Below, in pieces: positions 25,816 through 40,735 of a stretch of DNA of 64,000 nucleotides. Source of the DNA: Octopus vulgaris. Lineage: Eukaryota. The notes under the pieces were generated by a model. It was not told where the DNA came from. It did not search any database and saw only the letters and a program-made list of their open reading frames with translations. The stretch is from the NCBI GenBank assembly GCA_951406725.2, contig OX597825.1, forward strand, positions 42,532,001 to 42,596,000, read 5' to 3'. Numbering within the stretch: the stretch's first letter is position 1; every line of letters begins with the position of its first letter. A program made the translations under genes and the position numbers.

Positions 25816-26809
25816 TGACCCCCCCCGCACACACGCATGTCTGTACACACACATATCCATATACTCACATGAGCAACATATTTCTCTATTTCTACAAAAT
25901 TTCACTCTCACTATATTGGTCCTACCAAATCTTAAGGTTCAATAAATGTGATCAAACCCAGTGCCATGTGATTGTGAAGCTAATTCCTTTACCACAACCC
26001 CCCACACACACACACATATATATATATATACTTATTTTTTCATTTAATTGTTAAGAACAGTATCATGCTTATTATCACATTTTTCAAATTATTCGTTTAT
26101 ACTGTGTACAAAATTTTACAAAATTATTTACATGCTGCATATGCATTAAGGAGAAATGATAAGATGCCTGTAGCAACATTATTTTAATGATTTCTGTTAA
26201 ATAAGTTAAGCCTGTTACAATGTTATTTCATATGTTATTGCAAAATTGTATCTAGGAAAAAACATTGAGCTACTTAATTATTAAATAGCCTAAAGCATAT
26301 AGAAAAGAAGCAAAGAAAATCCTTTATGTATATATGTATTTTTCTATCTAATATAAACTTTTGTTTTTCTTTTAAACAAATATCCACGTGTTATAATTGG
26401 TTTACAACACTGGCAGTCCCAGCTAAAAGCTTTCATGATAAAATACATTTGATGGTTTTTGGTCTTGTTTTTCACAAATTGTAAATATTAAAGGTGAATT
26501 TTCATTTATATGTTTTTATACATTGTTCAATTTTAAAAAATTGTATCTTTTATATTAGTGAGTTTTGGAACATTAAAACTGCATCAGGAATCCAATTCTT
26601 CTATTAAGATATCTTTTATATTATCAAATATAAGTTAATGGTTTGATGATCCAAAACACAAGGGATTTTTTCTTAAAATATTTTTTATAAAATCTAATGG
26701 TATACATGAAAAGCAGTATTAATATAAAAATGGTTTTTTAAAATTATTTACATCCAGTGGATAGCTTGAATATACTTATTGTAGAATCATTATATCATCA
26801 TGCAAATTG

Positions 26810-26910
26810 CCTTGGGGTAATTAGTCATTAGACTTTACATTCTGAGTTCAAAACATACACGATCAACTTTGCCATTTATCCTTCTGGGGTAGATAAATTA
26901 AAGTACTGTT
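26810..26910 (+). mobile_element. Fragment of a further SINE family (inverted fragment at about 27585-27636)
   Basis: gagttcaaa B-box-like sequence, then tcaactttgccatttatccttctggggtagataaattaaagtac, resembling a widespread metazoan SINE central domain. Confidence 0.5.
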
Positions 26911-27663
26911 TGTGTTCAACATGAATGACTAAATTTGAGGTTGTGTGATTGTGTTAGAGATCAATATTTTTACAAGTTTACATACTGCAATTTATTTAAC
27001 TTGTGAATGATAAGTCAAATTTACCCTATATATGCACTCACTGCTACTTCATTCTCTGAAACACAATTTCATCCTTTAAAAAGTCAATATTCATCTTACT
27101 GTTTTTTCCTATTTAAAATCACAAAGATTACACATTAAGTATCTATTGTTTCTACCTGTAACTGTTTCACTTATTATTATGAACAAGACTATCTCTTCCC
27201 AATTTGTTGATTTCAACCACTGGTTCCAGTCAAATTATACGAATTTCTTTGTAGGTTTAGTCTTAGTCCTGTTCTATGTTGACCCCTAAAGAACTCTATA
27301 GCCTCCCCATCTTTTCTTGTTTGATTTTTTTTTACATTTTGTTTAGGCTGTCTTAACACTTCCTTCAGTCTGTACTGCTCATGCCCTTAATCTGACTTAT
27401 TGCCAAACTAAACCATCAGTTATTGTGTTACTAATTCATGTTTATCCAGAGTACTTGTCTCTTGTTAAACCCTGTTGCTTTCCCCTTGTTGCAAATAAGC
27501 AGAAAAATATGTCTTAATTTTCTATTTTAACATCATTCATGCCTAGGATGATATACAGCAATATTAAATTAATTTCAGTGCATGATTAGTACTTTATTTT
27601 ATTGATGCTGGAAGGCTGAAATGCAAAGTTGACTTACAAAATTGACAAGTTATTCAAATTTAA

Positions 27664-27869
27664 CCCTTTAGCATTTAAACCAGCCATATCAAGCCCAAAT
27701 ATTTTATTTGCTTTTTGTTGAATCTGGCTAGATCTGGCTTCTCACACCAACCCTATAGTGTCCTTCTAAAAGTAAATATTTGCATTATTGAAATTTTGAA
27801 GTTAAGATAATGCACAATAAACTGAAAATGTTGTGAATAAATAAACAGATTATTCTGAACACTAAAGGG
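27664..27869. mobile_element. piggyBac-type MITE
   Basis: TTAA|CCCTTTAG ... CTAAAGGG|TTAA: TIRs starting CCC, TTAA TSD. Confidence 0.85.
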
Positions 27870-29226
27870 TTAAAGCAGAGTTGCAGTGTACATTAGGAAC
27901 ATAGTTTAAAATTTGAGTTGGGAAAATTTAGAGGATTATCTAGTTATCATTCCACTAAAAATATTTTGATCTTGCAATTCTAACTTTTATTGTTAATACA
28001 TGAAATCAAATTTAAATCTTAAATTTGATATGAAGACTTATCTAGAATTGAACAGAGAATCTGTGTTTCCAGTACAAATCAAAACTAGATCTCATTGCAA
28101 TACATTCATGTTATGATTCAACAGTTATTTTAACCTTTTCAAGTTCTAAGCTCTTTGTTTTGATTACGAATTCATGTATTGGTTTGTTGACACATTCTTT
28201 CTTGCTTTTGTTATCCAGCATTTTTATTTTAGAAGTATTGTTATAGAAAGAAATTAATATTTTGCTTTGAATCAAAAAGAAAAAAATGTAAAAGAAATTA
28301 CTTGCATATTTGTTCTAAATATAGCTTTATAACATTATCTAGTTTCCATTTAATACAAATGTATTTCTTTCAGAAAAATTTCCATTAACAAAATTTATAA
28401 AAACTATTCCTTTCCCTTCAATTTGGTGCCTAAGCAGTACGGTCATAAAAATGTCACTATACATTTTTTGTTTGATTTAATTTTCCTTATGATGCAACAC
28501 ATACACATGCACACACACATACACAAGCACACACATACAAACACACATTCATGTGCATATGTGTGCACACATACTCATGCATAAGTGCACACACACACAC
28601 ACACACTCATGTGCATTTGCACACACACTCATATCCCAATAATTTCAAATAAAATTAAAAAACAATGATGTATGATGAATCTTAATAATACACTTTAAAA
28701 TGACTATGTATAAAATATAAAAACACCCAGTAATTAACTGTCTGACCTTTCATGATTATCATTAAAAAAGAAAATTTGTGCTTCCAGTAACAATAGAAAG
28801 TATTTAAATGTCATTTTCTAACATTGGCCAATTTAGAATATGAAGGAAAGGTCAGAAACGATGATCCTTTCAAGAACCAAGAATGTATTTCTAATTAAAC
28901 AAGATTATCTTTATAATAACTGGTACAACACATTTATTTTCTAATTAAGCAAAATAAAAGTAATGCAAAATATATTTAATAAACTCTATGCAAGAAACGA
29001 TTTTAGAAAATAATCATTTTTAATAATACATGGTTATGGCAAAAGCAGCAAATGGTTTTGAATTATCTATGGAAGAAATATATTAAATTAAAATAAGAAT
29101 AGATAAGTGCTACATCATTGGGACAAATTTAAAGGATACACATAATACTAGTCAACATATATCTGATTATCATGATAATATATAATTTATATCATTTTTG
29201 TATTTGTTTTCAAGATTCTTGAATTT

Positions 29227-29470
29227 ATGTGCTATAACAAATACATTGAGGAGACTTCTGGGAGTTTAATGGAAAGACTAAATAAACATTGGCAAGAGTG
29301 TAATGACAGAAAACAATCATCTATACTCAATCAGCATGCCAAAGATCAGCATAGCAGCATGCTGAACCAAATTAGCATGGATATCTTGTTTAAACATTTA
29401 AGTGGCTCATTGCTTTGACAGATACACAGGTCTGTTCTCATAAATGAGACAATACCAACACTGAGTATAA
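29227..29470 (+). mobile_element. GIY-YIG endonuclease remnant (Penelope-like)
   Basis: C...YIEETSGSLMERLNKH....K.SSIL..H....H...*QIHRSVLINE..PTL matches the YIGET...R..EH pattern. Confidence 0.6.
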
Positions 29471-29559
29471 AATATACATAGTAGGTAGTAGAATCACAAT
29501 GCTACTGTTACCACCCATGCAATATGCATACATCAGTGAATTAGTGTGTGTGTGGTGGT

Positions 29560-30450
29560 TTAGGCAGGTATATAAAGATTAGGGATAGAATGACAGCAAG
29601 ATGCATGGAAACCCATACAAACACATGTAAGTATGTACAACTCCAATATACAACCATACATATCCATGCACATAGGTGCATGTTGGTACAGAAAGGCTAG
29701 GATAAGAATGACAGTAGGATACAAGGAAATCCATACATATATGTAATTATGAACAGTTCTAATAACAACCAAGCACATCTGTGCACATGCATGGCTGGAT
29801 AAACTCATGCATGCATAAGCACACATACAGAGGAACACAAAAACACACATACACAGGTGCACAGGCATACACGTGCATATGCACACATGTACACAGGAAT
29901 ACATACATAAGCATACACAGAGATGCTTACCAATTCATATCAATGCCACACCACATGCACACACATACTGATATGCACTCACATAAGCAAATGCTCACAC
30001 ATTCACACATACATGCGAACATAGATACTCACTCACAGAACCAACTCAACAACTCAAACACTTAAATAAGCAAACAGTCATACATTCATACACACACATA
30101 TGAACATATTCACAGAACTGACTCTACCATACAAGCATGCACACTAGACCACACACTCATGTGCACATACACATGCATATGCCCTCTCTCTCTCACACAC
30201 ACACACATACCTACCCTATTCTCCACATAAGGTACAACATCTATAAATTTTTACAGATCCCAGCAGATTTGAGACCAAACCTTCAATGGGTCATGGGTGG
30301 CTACAGCATGCACACTCACAAACACACATAAAGACAGTTACATGGGTCTACACACACACAGCCTCTTCATTTACTTTCACCCTTACTTTCTCAAGTGAGC
30401 AACAACACATCTACATGCACAGCTAAAAGCATACACATGCACAAGCATAA
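29560..30450. repeat. Degenerate CA-rich low-complexity tract
   Basis: Decayed (CA)n/(CATA)n giving HT/VC-rich ORFs. Confidence 0.8.
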
Positions 30451-31732
30451 GACTAACTCTCGGACAGACTCGAGGCAGACCTTGGAAAGGGAGGGTATGT
30501 CATTGATGAAGTCACAAATAATGATGAAATGACTTTTAGTAACAATCAACTGATCGATTGTTTAACCAGCACATTTAACAAATGGTTGATAAGTGATTTG
30601 GTTAGATATATTTAACCAATTGACTAACAATAAAGAAGTTATATTGAACCAGTATGTGTGTTATTATTATTCGTGTAATGACCTTCCCAGGGCACAACAA
30701 GATATAATTTACACAATACTGAAAGTGTTCATAATGTACATAATTAAAAAAACAATTAGTGAAAGGAGTAACTACAAATCCAAGATGATGTGTTTTAAAT
30801 ATGGAACAGCTTGAAAAGTGAATGCAGCATGTTCCTCTGGTTAAGAAGTTTGTTTCACAACCATGAGGTTTCAAGTTTGATCTCACTTAATGGCATCTTG
30901 GAAAATGTCATTTAGTAAAGACTTGGATTCATCCAACTCTTTTGAATGAAATTTGGTAAAAAAAAAAACTGCAAAAACCCATGAGATGGATTGGACATGC
31001 AATTGGAAGATCCAGTTTCATCACATTGATTCTGCTTGAGAACCATGTTGATAGACACATGATAGACTCTGCCTAGTCACTTTAATGCTAATTCAGTGAG
31101 CAGGTAGTTATGTTGATTGAACAACTGAACACTCATCATCAAAACCAACAGCGATCTATTTACATTATTTTCCCCCCCACCAGAAATTATATATGAATTG
31201 ATAGTGTTTATGATATTTAATGTGTTTGAAACTTGACAAAAGAAGTCAATGTCAATTTCACAGAATTCCTTCAATCTGAAGATTTAAATGTGAATGCTAG
31301 AGATTTGTATTATTGTTGTCTACAAATGCATGGAGCAATAAATGATTATACTATTTACTTGACAACAGAGTAGAGAAGACGAAATGTTTTCATGATTGCT
31401 GACAGGATTAGTTGGGCCAACATGGAAGACTAAGACATCAGATTATATCCTTTAAAATACTAAATGGCTGATAAATTATAGTTCAGGGAATGTTTCAAGA
31501 CATAATCTAATTGATAAAAAAAATTACATTAAAGGCTAAAGTTAATAATTTTTCTCCTTCCATAAACAATCACTAGTTGTGAAAATTCTAATATTTTCTT
31601 TTAATAGTACACATCACTAAGGGAGAGAAGGAATACATTAAGTGCCTTCATCCATCTCAATACTGAGTTAAAAATATATAACAATATTCTTTTCTATTCT
31701 GATTCTAGTAACAATATTCTTTTCTATTCTAG

Positions 31733-31824
31733 ACAGACGAATGGTCTTGTGGAAATGATATTAAAGAACTGATTTGTCCATCAATTAGATCCACTCCTGT
31801 ACGCAACTGGTGCTTAAATTATCG
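31733..31824 (+). CDS. Internal exon of an unidentified Cys/Trp-rich protein gene
   Basis: ttttctattctag|...|gtaatg; TDEWSCGNDIKELICPSIRSTPVRNWCLNY(R). Phase-2 end fits the next exon. Alternative AG at 31735-31736. Confidence 0.7.
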
Positions 31825-33189
31825 GTAATGATATATATTCATAATCAATAGATCACACGTAAATAATAACTTAAACATTGCTGACCTGGAGCTATGCAAC
31901 AATTCACAGAACTCAACAAACATGGATATGCTATCATTTAATTTTCATTAAGCTGATTCTTCTACGTTTTATGAAATGCTAGAAGACACAAACAAATTTT
32001 AAGAGGTGTTTCATGACACTTAAATTAACAATTCATTCATTTTTCTGTATTCCATGTTAGCTTTTTAAGTGCCATTGTCAGTTTTGTTTATAGTATTTTT
32101 TCTGATGCTGCAATTAGAATTATCTGGCCTACCAGGAATTTTATATAATTTGTCCAAATAAGTTCTATTTTCTGATCATATCAATGACCCAGAAGTTAAT
32201 TGAACAATAGGTAAAGTTTATGAATAAACTGGTGATATGGATTATTTCCAATATATATTCAGATACATTTGACTGATTTCAAAGAATTGAAAGTACAAAT
32301 CAATTCATATCAGAAACTTCAGACTTTGCATTAACCAGTTCAGTGCTACCTTCTTCTGATGAAAAAAAAACATTTAATCTTTAGGTTGATGTTGAGAAAG
32401 CAAAAGAAAATACTTGCAACCTTTCCATCTTAGAAATTTCATGCTTCAATAGGATAATGGAGCATGGTGATTGGATAACTCATAAATTTTCAGGATAATC
32501 AGATGACTTAATAAATTAGCACAAGAGTGATATCGTTTATTTGTGATGCACTTAGAGTATTAAGCTTTGAGACCTAATGTCTCTTGATTGGCAATAACTT
32601 AAATCAAGCACTAAATATTTTTTTATACAGATCACTCTAGAATGTTTTGTTTAACATTTTATCTGAGAACAAAATGAAATTACTCTACATTTAAAATATG
32701 CACATTTGTAACTTTGTTTTCAAGTTTTGCTTTCAGAATATTTGTTCATAATGATTGATAATATTATTTTCAGTTTCATATGCTTTTTTTCTTACTTTTA
32801 TTTAACACCTTGCCATTCTTGCATAGAATTGCTGAAAATAAGCTAGTGATTTAAAGGCAGATTGTACTAACTATATAACAAGAGCTACAGTTAATATTTT
32901 GCATTTAAACAATTTCAATAATTGCGATTTTGAAGCTTTGATATAACAAGCAATAATGTGCTATTATCAATTTGGTTCTTCCATACTAGTAGTCTAAGGT
33001 GGTTAATTGGCAAAATTATTGGAGTATTATAGTAATTTTCATTACACACACACACTCACGCACAAAGCAGAAATTCTTATGTTCATGAAAATAATTATAT
33101 TTGAGTTAGAACTATTACCTATAGGCTAATGATTTAGGCACTACATGTAACTTGGTGAAGTTAACTGTCTGATAAGACAACTGGGCAAC

Positions 33190-35055
33190 AACATCAACAA
33201 CCTTTAACGTCCATTTTCCATGGATTGCACAGTTTGACAGGAGCTGGCTAGACTCAAATTGTCTATTTGACATGGTTTCTACAGTTGGATACCCTTCCTA
33301 ACTCCAACCTCTTTACAGAGTGTATTGGGTGCTATACCAGCATGGGTACTTTCTATAGAGTACTGGCACAAGTGAATTTTACATGGCACTGGCACCTACA
33401 AGACAAAGACCTCTCAGCTAGGAGACGGAGTGAGGACATGGCCATAAAAAAATATGCCTGTATGTATGGATGGCTGCAATTTTACTGAGCTTGACATGTG
33501 TTCTCAAGTACAGCAAGTCACCACAACTCTCAGTACCTTGAAAATCCTTTCTCAGCACTCAATCCCATGTCTTCCTGGGTCTAGCCCTTTCACAGGTTCC
33601 CTCCACAATTAGATTGGCACTTCTTTAAGCAGCTGTCCTTATCTATACACATCACATGACCATACCAGTGCATTCTTCTCTCTTGCACACAGCATCTAAT
33701 ACATCTTACATTCAGTTATCCAATTAAATCATTAACATGCTGTTGTATGTGCACGCTGACATTACCCATCTAGTGGAGCATGCTGGCTTCATTTCTTTCA
33801 AGCTTTTGCAATTCCTCTATAGTTATAGCCCACGTTTCTTTGCCATGTAGCCTCACTGTACATACACAGGCATTATACAATCTGCTTTTCTCTTTGAGTT
33901 GCTAACAAAGGCAGTAACTCTTTAAACTTTGCCCAACCCATTCTTATTCTGGCAACTATGCTTTCAGAACTTTTCCTCTTCCACTGCTAACTTGGATGCA
34001 TAGGTAACAGAAGCTATCTACAACTTCTAAGGATTCCCCCAAGCATTTGAGGAAATCTATTCACTGTGCATTTTTAGTGCATACATATCCATACATTTGC
34101 CACACACAAAGACTATTTTCTCTGTTAACCCTTCTGTGATACTGTTACACTTCAGATGTATCTGAAGAGTGCACTCAGTACAATGTATAGAGTTTCTACA
34201 AACACCATTCTTACCTATCAAGCAGGGCTATCACCCTGAAAGGACTTGTGATTTATCTGTTTCCTTACTTACTAGGACTTTCGTCTTTGCTAAATTAATT
34301 CTAATGCCCTTAAATTTCAGACCTTTATTCCATGCCTGAAATGTCTTCTCTAAGTCAGGTAGTGATTCAACAATAAGAACAAGGTCATCAGCATAAAGTA
34401 GCTTTCAAGGCAGTAGCCTTAAATTCCTCTGTTATGGCCTGGAAGACTATCATAAACAAGAGGGGTTGAAAACTGAGCCTTGGTGAACTATTTGTACACT
34501 AAATTCATTGCTATACCCCTTGCCAACCTTCACCTTACTTGCAGCATCCTTGTACATGACTTATACAGCTCTCACCTACCACTCATCTATCCCTAGTTTC
34601 TGCATTGACCACCAGACAAGGAAGCAGGGGACCCTGTCAAAATCTTTTTCCATGACAACAAAAGCCAAGTACAGGGATTTATTTTTGGCTAGGTCCTTCT
34701 CCTGCAGCTGCCTTACCAGGAGTATAGAGTCAGTTGTGTTTCTCCCTGGCACAAAACCAAACTGCATCTCATCTAGACTAACTCTCTTCCAATTAGTTGA
34801 GCTATAACTCTCTCTGTACTTTCATTATCTGGTCCAACAGTTTGATACTTCTGTAATCATTTGTCTAAGACATCACCTTTATCTTTGTAGTAGTTGACTA
34901 TAGTACTGCTACACCAGTCATTGAATATGATTACCTCATGGACAACATGATTAACTATACAGATGACTAGGCTATATCTTACACTGCCAAATATTTCAAG
35001 CATCTTAGTGATAATTCTTGATGGGCCAGGGGTTTTCCCCATCTTCATATCCTTA
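33190..35055 (-). mobile_element. Second decayed RTE LINE (same family as 4610-8008)
   Basis: KTPGPS, QFGFVPGRNTTDSI, LLYADDL; RTE tail (ggaagggtatccaactgtagaaacc) at 33275-33300. Confidence 0.9.
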
Positions 35056-35099
35056 CATACATATATGTATACATACACACATATATATAAATATATATT

Positions 35100-35575
35100 T
35101 TACTAGTTTCAGCTTGAAAGCTGTGGTCATGCTGAGGCATCACTGTTGATTTTGCTACACTTTTATTATTTGGTACTACCTTGGGAGTTTGATGTATCTG
35201 CCCTTATCTGTGTTTCCTGTCATGAAGGTTGGCTCATCCAGAATCCTTGACAGGAGGAGATCCAGTTTTGTTTTGAAGACACCTATGTCCATACCATGTA
35301 GGTCTATCAGGCATTTTGGAAGGATATTGAGGAGCTGTGGGGCCATTGAAACCTAAGCTGTTGCAGTGTCTGGTCCTGTGTATTGATGGCAATGTTGGAA
35401 TACTTGGCCCTATGCAGTAGCACCCTGTTCTGCTGTTTATGTAACTTTCAATGCCAAAGTTTGATGCAAGTCTTTCCAGGATCTCCAGATGTATATCACT
35501 GCATATCTTTCCTGCCTTCATTCTAGGGAGTAGAGAATTAACTTTCTCAACTTTTGCTGTAGCTGACATGTTGCA
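35100..35575 (-). mobile_element. Decayed 3' end of a CR1 LINE (same family as 46878-50324)
   Basis: LEILERLASNFGIESYINSRTG..C and LGFNGP; tail ccagcatg/cacagc..aagctgaaactag. Confidence 0.8.
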
Positions 35576-35740
35576 TTGAGACATTCTAGTGAACCAAATT
35601 ATTGTAGTAAGCAGTAAATGTGTATGTATATAAGTATGTATGGAAGTAACTAAGTACGTACATATGTTTGTACCCGTATAGTAGTAAACCATCAGTTCTA
35701 ACCATGAACTTTGGCTTTTACTTACTTACAAATATACTCG

Positions 35741-36965
35741 TTTCTTTATTAGCCACTGAGGGCCCAACATAGAGGGAACAGTACATGTACAGGTAAAACC
35801 TATGGGGACATAAAACAAAAGAACGATGAAAATGAATTATAAATTAATGAAGGTGTGATAGCTGCTCAAACTCCACTCTCAAGCTGTACCATTTAACTGT
35901 TCTTTATCAAAATTTTTCATAATTCTTTTCGTTGTAGCAGGTGTGTAATCTTTCCAGCTTTTTTTCTCTTGCTTTTTGGTAATATTAAAACATACATAGT
36001 TTATATAGGGTTTCAAATTGTCATAGTTCATGACTGGAGGTAGGGCATCATACACCTTCTCCACACGTAATGGGTCAATGTTTGTCCCAAACAATTCCCG
36101 TAATTTATCATATCTTTCCTTGTCTATATACATTTAGTGTTTACTGTATATACCTTAGCCAGTAATTTCATTCTAATCACCGATTTGAACTTGGAGATTT
36201 TTTGTTTAATTGCCATACTTTTTGTGTACATCATAAAATACGTTTGTATTTACAGGGCCTTTTGAGGGATTGTGTGTTATGCCTGTCTGTGTCTGTTTGT
36301 CTACCAAGGGAACTTGGACTATCTGGAGCAGTTTCCTTTATTTTTTTGGTGAAGTATGCTGTGTGAGTGTATTTTCTGTGTTGTGTGTTGTTTACTGTAC
36401 AATGACTTCCTCTTCTTCTTTGGTCTTTTTAGGGGTGTATTTACTGTTTCCTTTCTCTTTCTTTTGGATACTTCAGTAAATCCCTCTTCCTCTGTGTCTT
36501 TCATACCCTCCTCCTGGGCTGGGCTTGTCCTTTTGGTACTCCGACTTTGTTCATGCTGGTTTTCTCTGATTTCATTGCTTATCTGGGGGCACTTTATTTT
36601 AATGTGCCCCTTTTCTCCACAGTTGTAGCAGGTTGGTGGTCTCCCTTCTACTACCACTGTCAATTTTATATCTTCAGGCAGTAACACCTCTCCTGCTATT
36701 TCATTCTGGTCTTGCTGCATGCCCTCGATAACCATTTCCAGGCCATAACCCCAGCAATTCATTTTCTTTCTTCTTGCCACTTGAAAATATCTTTGTGTTC
36801 TCATGGGTTCCGTGCATCATGGCTGATACCAGCCATGCTTCTTTAGTTTCGGGTGGCACCCTGCCTATCCTAATTCTTGTGACTCTTTGCCATGGTAGAT
36901 TAGCAGGAGTCCCCATTCTTTTGATTTCAGTGGTGTAGTGGAGTAATTTATTAACTCTTCTTTGG
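35741..36965 (-). mobile_element. ORF1/gag-like (Tx1/L1-type) element without detectable RT
   Basis: RVTRIRIGRVPP, VVVEGRPPTCYNCGEKGHIKIKC (CCHC knuckle), FTEVSKRKRK, a short downstream ORF, then aataaa at the 3' end. Confidence 0.7.
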
Positions 36966-37019
36966 TGGTAATAAATTACTCTGCTACACCACTGCATATA
37001 TATATATATATATATATTT

Positions 37020-37370
37020 ATAAACATACATGTGGTGGTTGTCTACTCCTTATGCAAAATTTTACCACCTCATGTACCAACACCTTATCACCATCATGGC
37101 ATCAGATGCGGCTTTTTAAACCAGACAAATTTATGAAAAGACACCTGATCACTAACAAAACTCGGTGCTGCACAGAGTTTTGTCAGAGGACAGGTTGCTG
37201 TCTCAAAGCGACGAAAATATTTTAACAAATTAAATTTAACTGTTGAAGTGAATCTAACGGTTTTTTGTGTGTTTCTTAAATGACTTATAAACATCTACCA
37301 CGCTGCAATTGTTTTTGTTCCCGCACACGATATCAGATCAGGTCACTTGCTATGCAAGTACATCTCCGTA
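37020..37370 (+). mobile_element. Probable Penelope-like 3' remnant with degenerate HHR
   Basis: QMRLFKPDKFMKRH resembles a GIY-YIG C-terminus; followed by ttgt-cagagga-ca-gGTTGCT-gtctcaa-AGCGAC-GAAA-atat-tt at about 37178-37230. Confidence 0.45.
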
Positions 37371-38094
37371 ATATATATATATATATATATTTACTATATA
37401 CATACGTTTATGTATTCATATATATATATATATATATATATATACATTCCACTCTTCCTCCCTTGCTCACGTGGCCTCAACGGGACTATCGGCCATCTTC
37501 CTTCTCCTTACTTGTGTTTCTTTCTTTCTCTCCATTGTAACTGGATCAAGGAAGACGTGTTCTTGTCTGTCTTCTGTCCAAGCTTGATTTATGCGTTCAC
37601 CACAACCTTGTTTAGGCTTACCAGCCCTTCCTGTTTGTTTTTACTGTCCTAGTTTTTGTTACCAATTTTGAACACTACAAAATCCCAAATTTTATTTAAT
37701 TTGCTTTGCAGGAGCAGCTGTTTAATCGAAAGCGTATCTTGTTGTTAAATGCACAAATATGTGAGTAGAAAAACAGCCAACAATTGATGCTATGTGTTTT
37801 TTTTTTTGTGTTTATCTTGTTTTCCATTTGTGTCTTTCGTTGTTCAGAAAAACAGTTCATATTCCATGCACTTGCACTTCGTATTTTTTGTTGGACATGT
37901 ATCGTGTCATGGTGTTCCCACATATATATACGTATAGATGTATGTACATAAGCATATATATATATATATATATATATATTATTTATGTTATTATATGATT
38001 GACTGCCACGCATCCTCTTCCAAGTATAAATATATATATATACATGCATAAATATATATATATGAATCGCCCGCTTGAACATGAATTGCAAAAT

Positions 38095-38973
38095 TAAAAT
38101 GTGGTGAGATCAGCTTGGTAAATGACATTTGCTATGGAAAACCCTTAATCTTAGATGGCATTTTGAAGGTAATCATTGAAGAAAACTCAAATATTATGAC
38201 TAGAAAACTTGCAGAGAAGTTGGAAGTTTCCAACAGTACCATTCATGAACACTTAGAGAAAATTGGGCATGTTTCTTGCTATGATGACTGGGTGCCTCAG
38301 AAACTGCTAGATCAAAACTGCATGGACTGGTATTCCATCTATGATATGCTTCTGAAATGCAATGAAAATAAGCCTTTTCTGAAATAACTGGTAACTGAAG
38401 ATGACAGATGAATTGTTTACGATGATATAGAGAGAAAACCATCAGGGAGTTTGCATGAGAATCCTCCAAAACAGCTTCCAAGCAGAATATTCATACAAGA
38501 AAAGTCATGCTTTGTGTCTGGTGAGATTTCAAAGGCATTATTTACTATGAGCTACTCCCACAAAATCAGACCATCAATTCTGAAGTGTATTGCCATCAGC
38601 TACCAAATTTGAATCAAAATATCAAAGAACTGAGGCCAACACTCTCCAACAGGAAAGGAGTTGTGTTCCACCAGGACAATGTTGCCCCATCAACCATTCT
38701 CCCCTGACATTGCACTATCTGACTATCATTTCTTTTTGTATTTGCAGAAATCTGTAGAAGGAAAATCATTTAATGATTTAGATGTCAAAACCCATTTAGA
38801 TGACTTCTTTTCCTCGAAAGCAACTGAGTTTTATGCCAATGGAATATTTAAATTGCTTGCTCAGTGGACTAATGTCATAGAAAACAATGAAAATTATTTT
38901 AATGAATAAAAATGTGAGTATGTTTATTCTGTATTGCACTTAAAAGATGCCAAGAACTTTCCAAACAACTTGA
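38095..38973 (+). mobile_element. Mariner relic (SETMAR/Mos1-like)
   Basis: WVPQKL, LVTEDDR*I, KVMLCVW*D, FHQDN, PFSPDIALSDYHFF; 3' TIR aactttccaaacaacttga|TA. Confidence 0.9.
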
Positions 38974-39083
38974 TACATGTATAATTTTTATAAGTAATAT
39001 TAATGTATGTATGTATGTATGTATGTATGTATGTATGTATGTATGTGTGTGTGTATGTATGTATGTATGTGTGTGTGTGTGTG

Positions 39084-39115
<32 letters not shown>

Positions 39116-39700
39116 ATAGATCACTAGCCACGCTACTACACATTCTTTATTTTCTCCCCTTGTTTCTTTCTGTATTCCTTTCTGTAGAAGAGCATAGGCT
39201 TGAGATGTTAAACTAATACATCTGTTTGTTGTCTATGCTACCTGTCTTTGTCTATTGTTTTTTGTGAATTTTCCCTATATATATATATATATATATGTGT
39301 GTATGTATGTATGTATGACATCAGTCTACAATGTTTAACCAAAAGGTAAATCTCCAGTTCTCATGAAATATGACTAGAGTATTAGAAACACCTTCATTGC
39401 TAGAAATAAGAGCTAAAATGCTCTAATGCTGTAGTCAAAGCATGTGTTTGTATACATATACACTGACAGGGACTATAATCACCCCAAAAACACCAATCAC
39501 GAATTCCCTATACTGACCGATCAGTTTTGGCAATTTTTGTTGCTTTATCAGTAAGGACTGGCTCAATTTCAGCAGATTTTGGACTTAATTCTCTGTCAGT
39601 ATATATGTTTTAACCATAAAAATTTATGGAAGATTAAATAAGTTGCTAATGTGCTACAGAAAATGAACATAGCAGTGTGCAATGTTTTACCAAAAAGGAA

Positions 39701-40245
<545 letters not shown>

Positions 40246-40334
40246 ACAATTGAGGGTAAAATTAATTAGTTATTAATCAATTTCACCAAGTATTCAGTAT
40301 GTAAAAGGACCATTTAAGGCGAATTCAAAATATT

Positions 40335-40734
40335 ACATTATATAATTAGGGCTTAGTAAAATATGCAAGCGAAGATTCTCTGAATTTGTCGGTACTGGCA
40401 GTCTGAACGGGTCATCTGAGGTGATAAGTCGCCAAATGGTATGTTCTTTCTTTTTAGTGCTTCCAAATCCAAAATAAGAAATGTTGAGCTGACGAAAGAA
40501 ATGCTGAATTTATTTGGTTAATCTAGAAACGTTAACGTTCTCAAATAATCTTTGTACTTGTGATATTTTTCTGTTTTTACCTCCATACCTTCGTGAGTTA
40601 TTTTGAGTAAACATTATCTGAGAGAAATTTTCTTTAAGTAGTGGAAATGGCTAAAAAACTTTTTTGGCTGCTATTTCTAGAAAGTTCAGTATGTGGCAAA
40701 GTAATTTATTTTACTAAGCCCTAATTATATAATG

Positions 40735-40735
<1 letters not shown>
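40335..40735. repeat. Segment bounded by perfect 29-bp inverted repeats
   Basis: acattatataattagggcttagtaaaata (40335-40363) / tattttactaagccctaattatataatgt (40707-40735). Confidence 0.8.
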
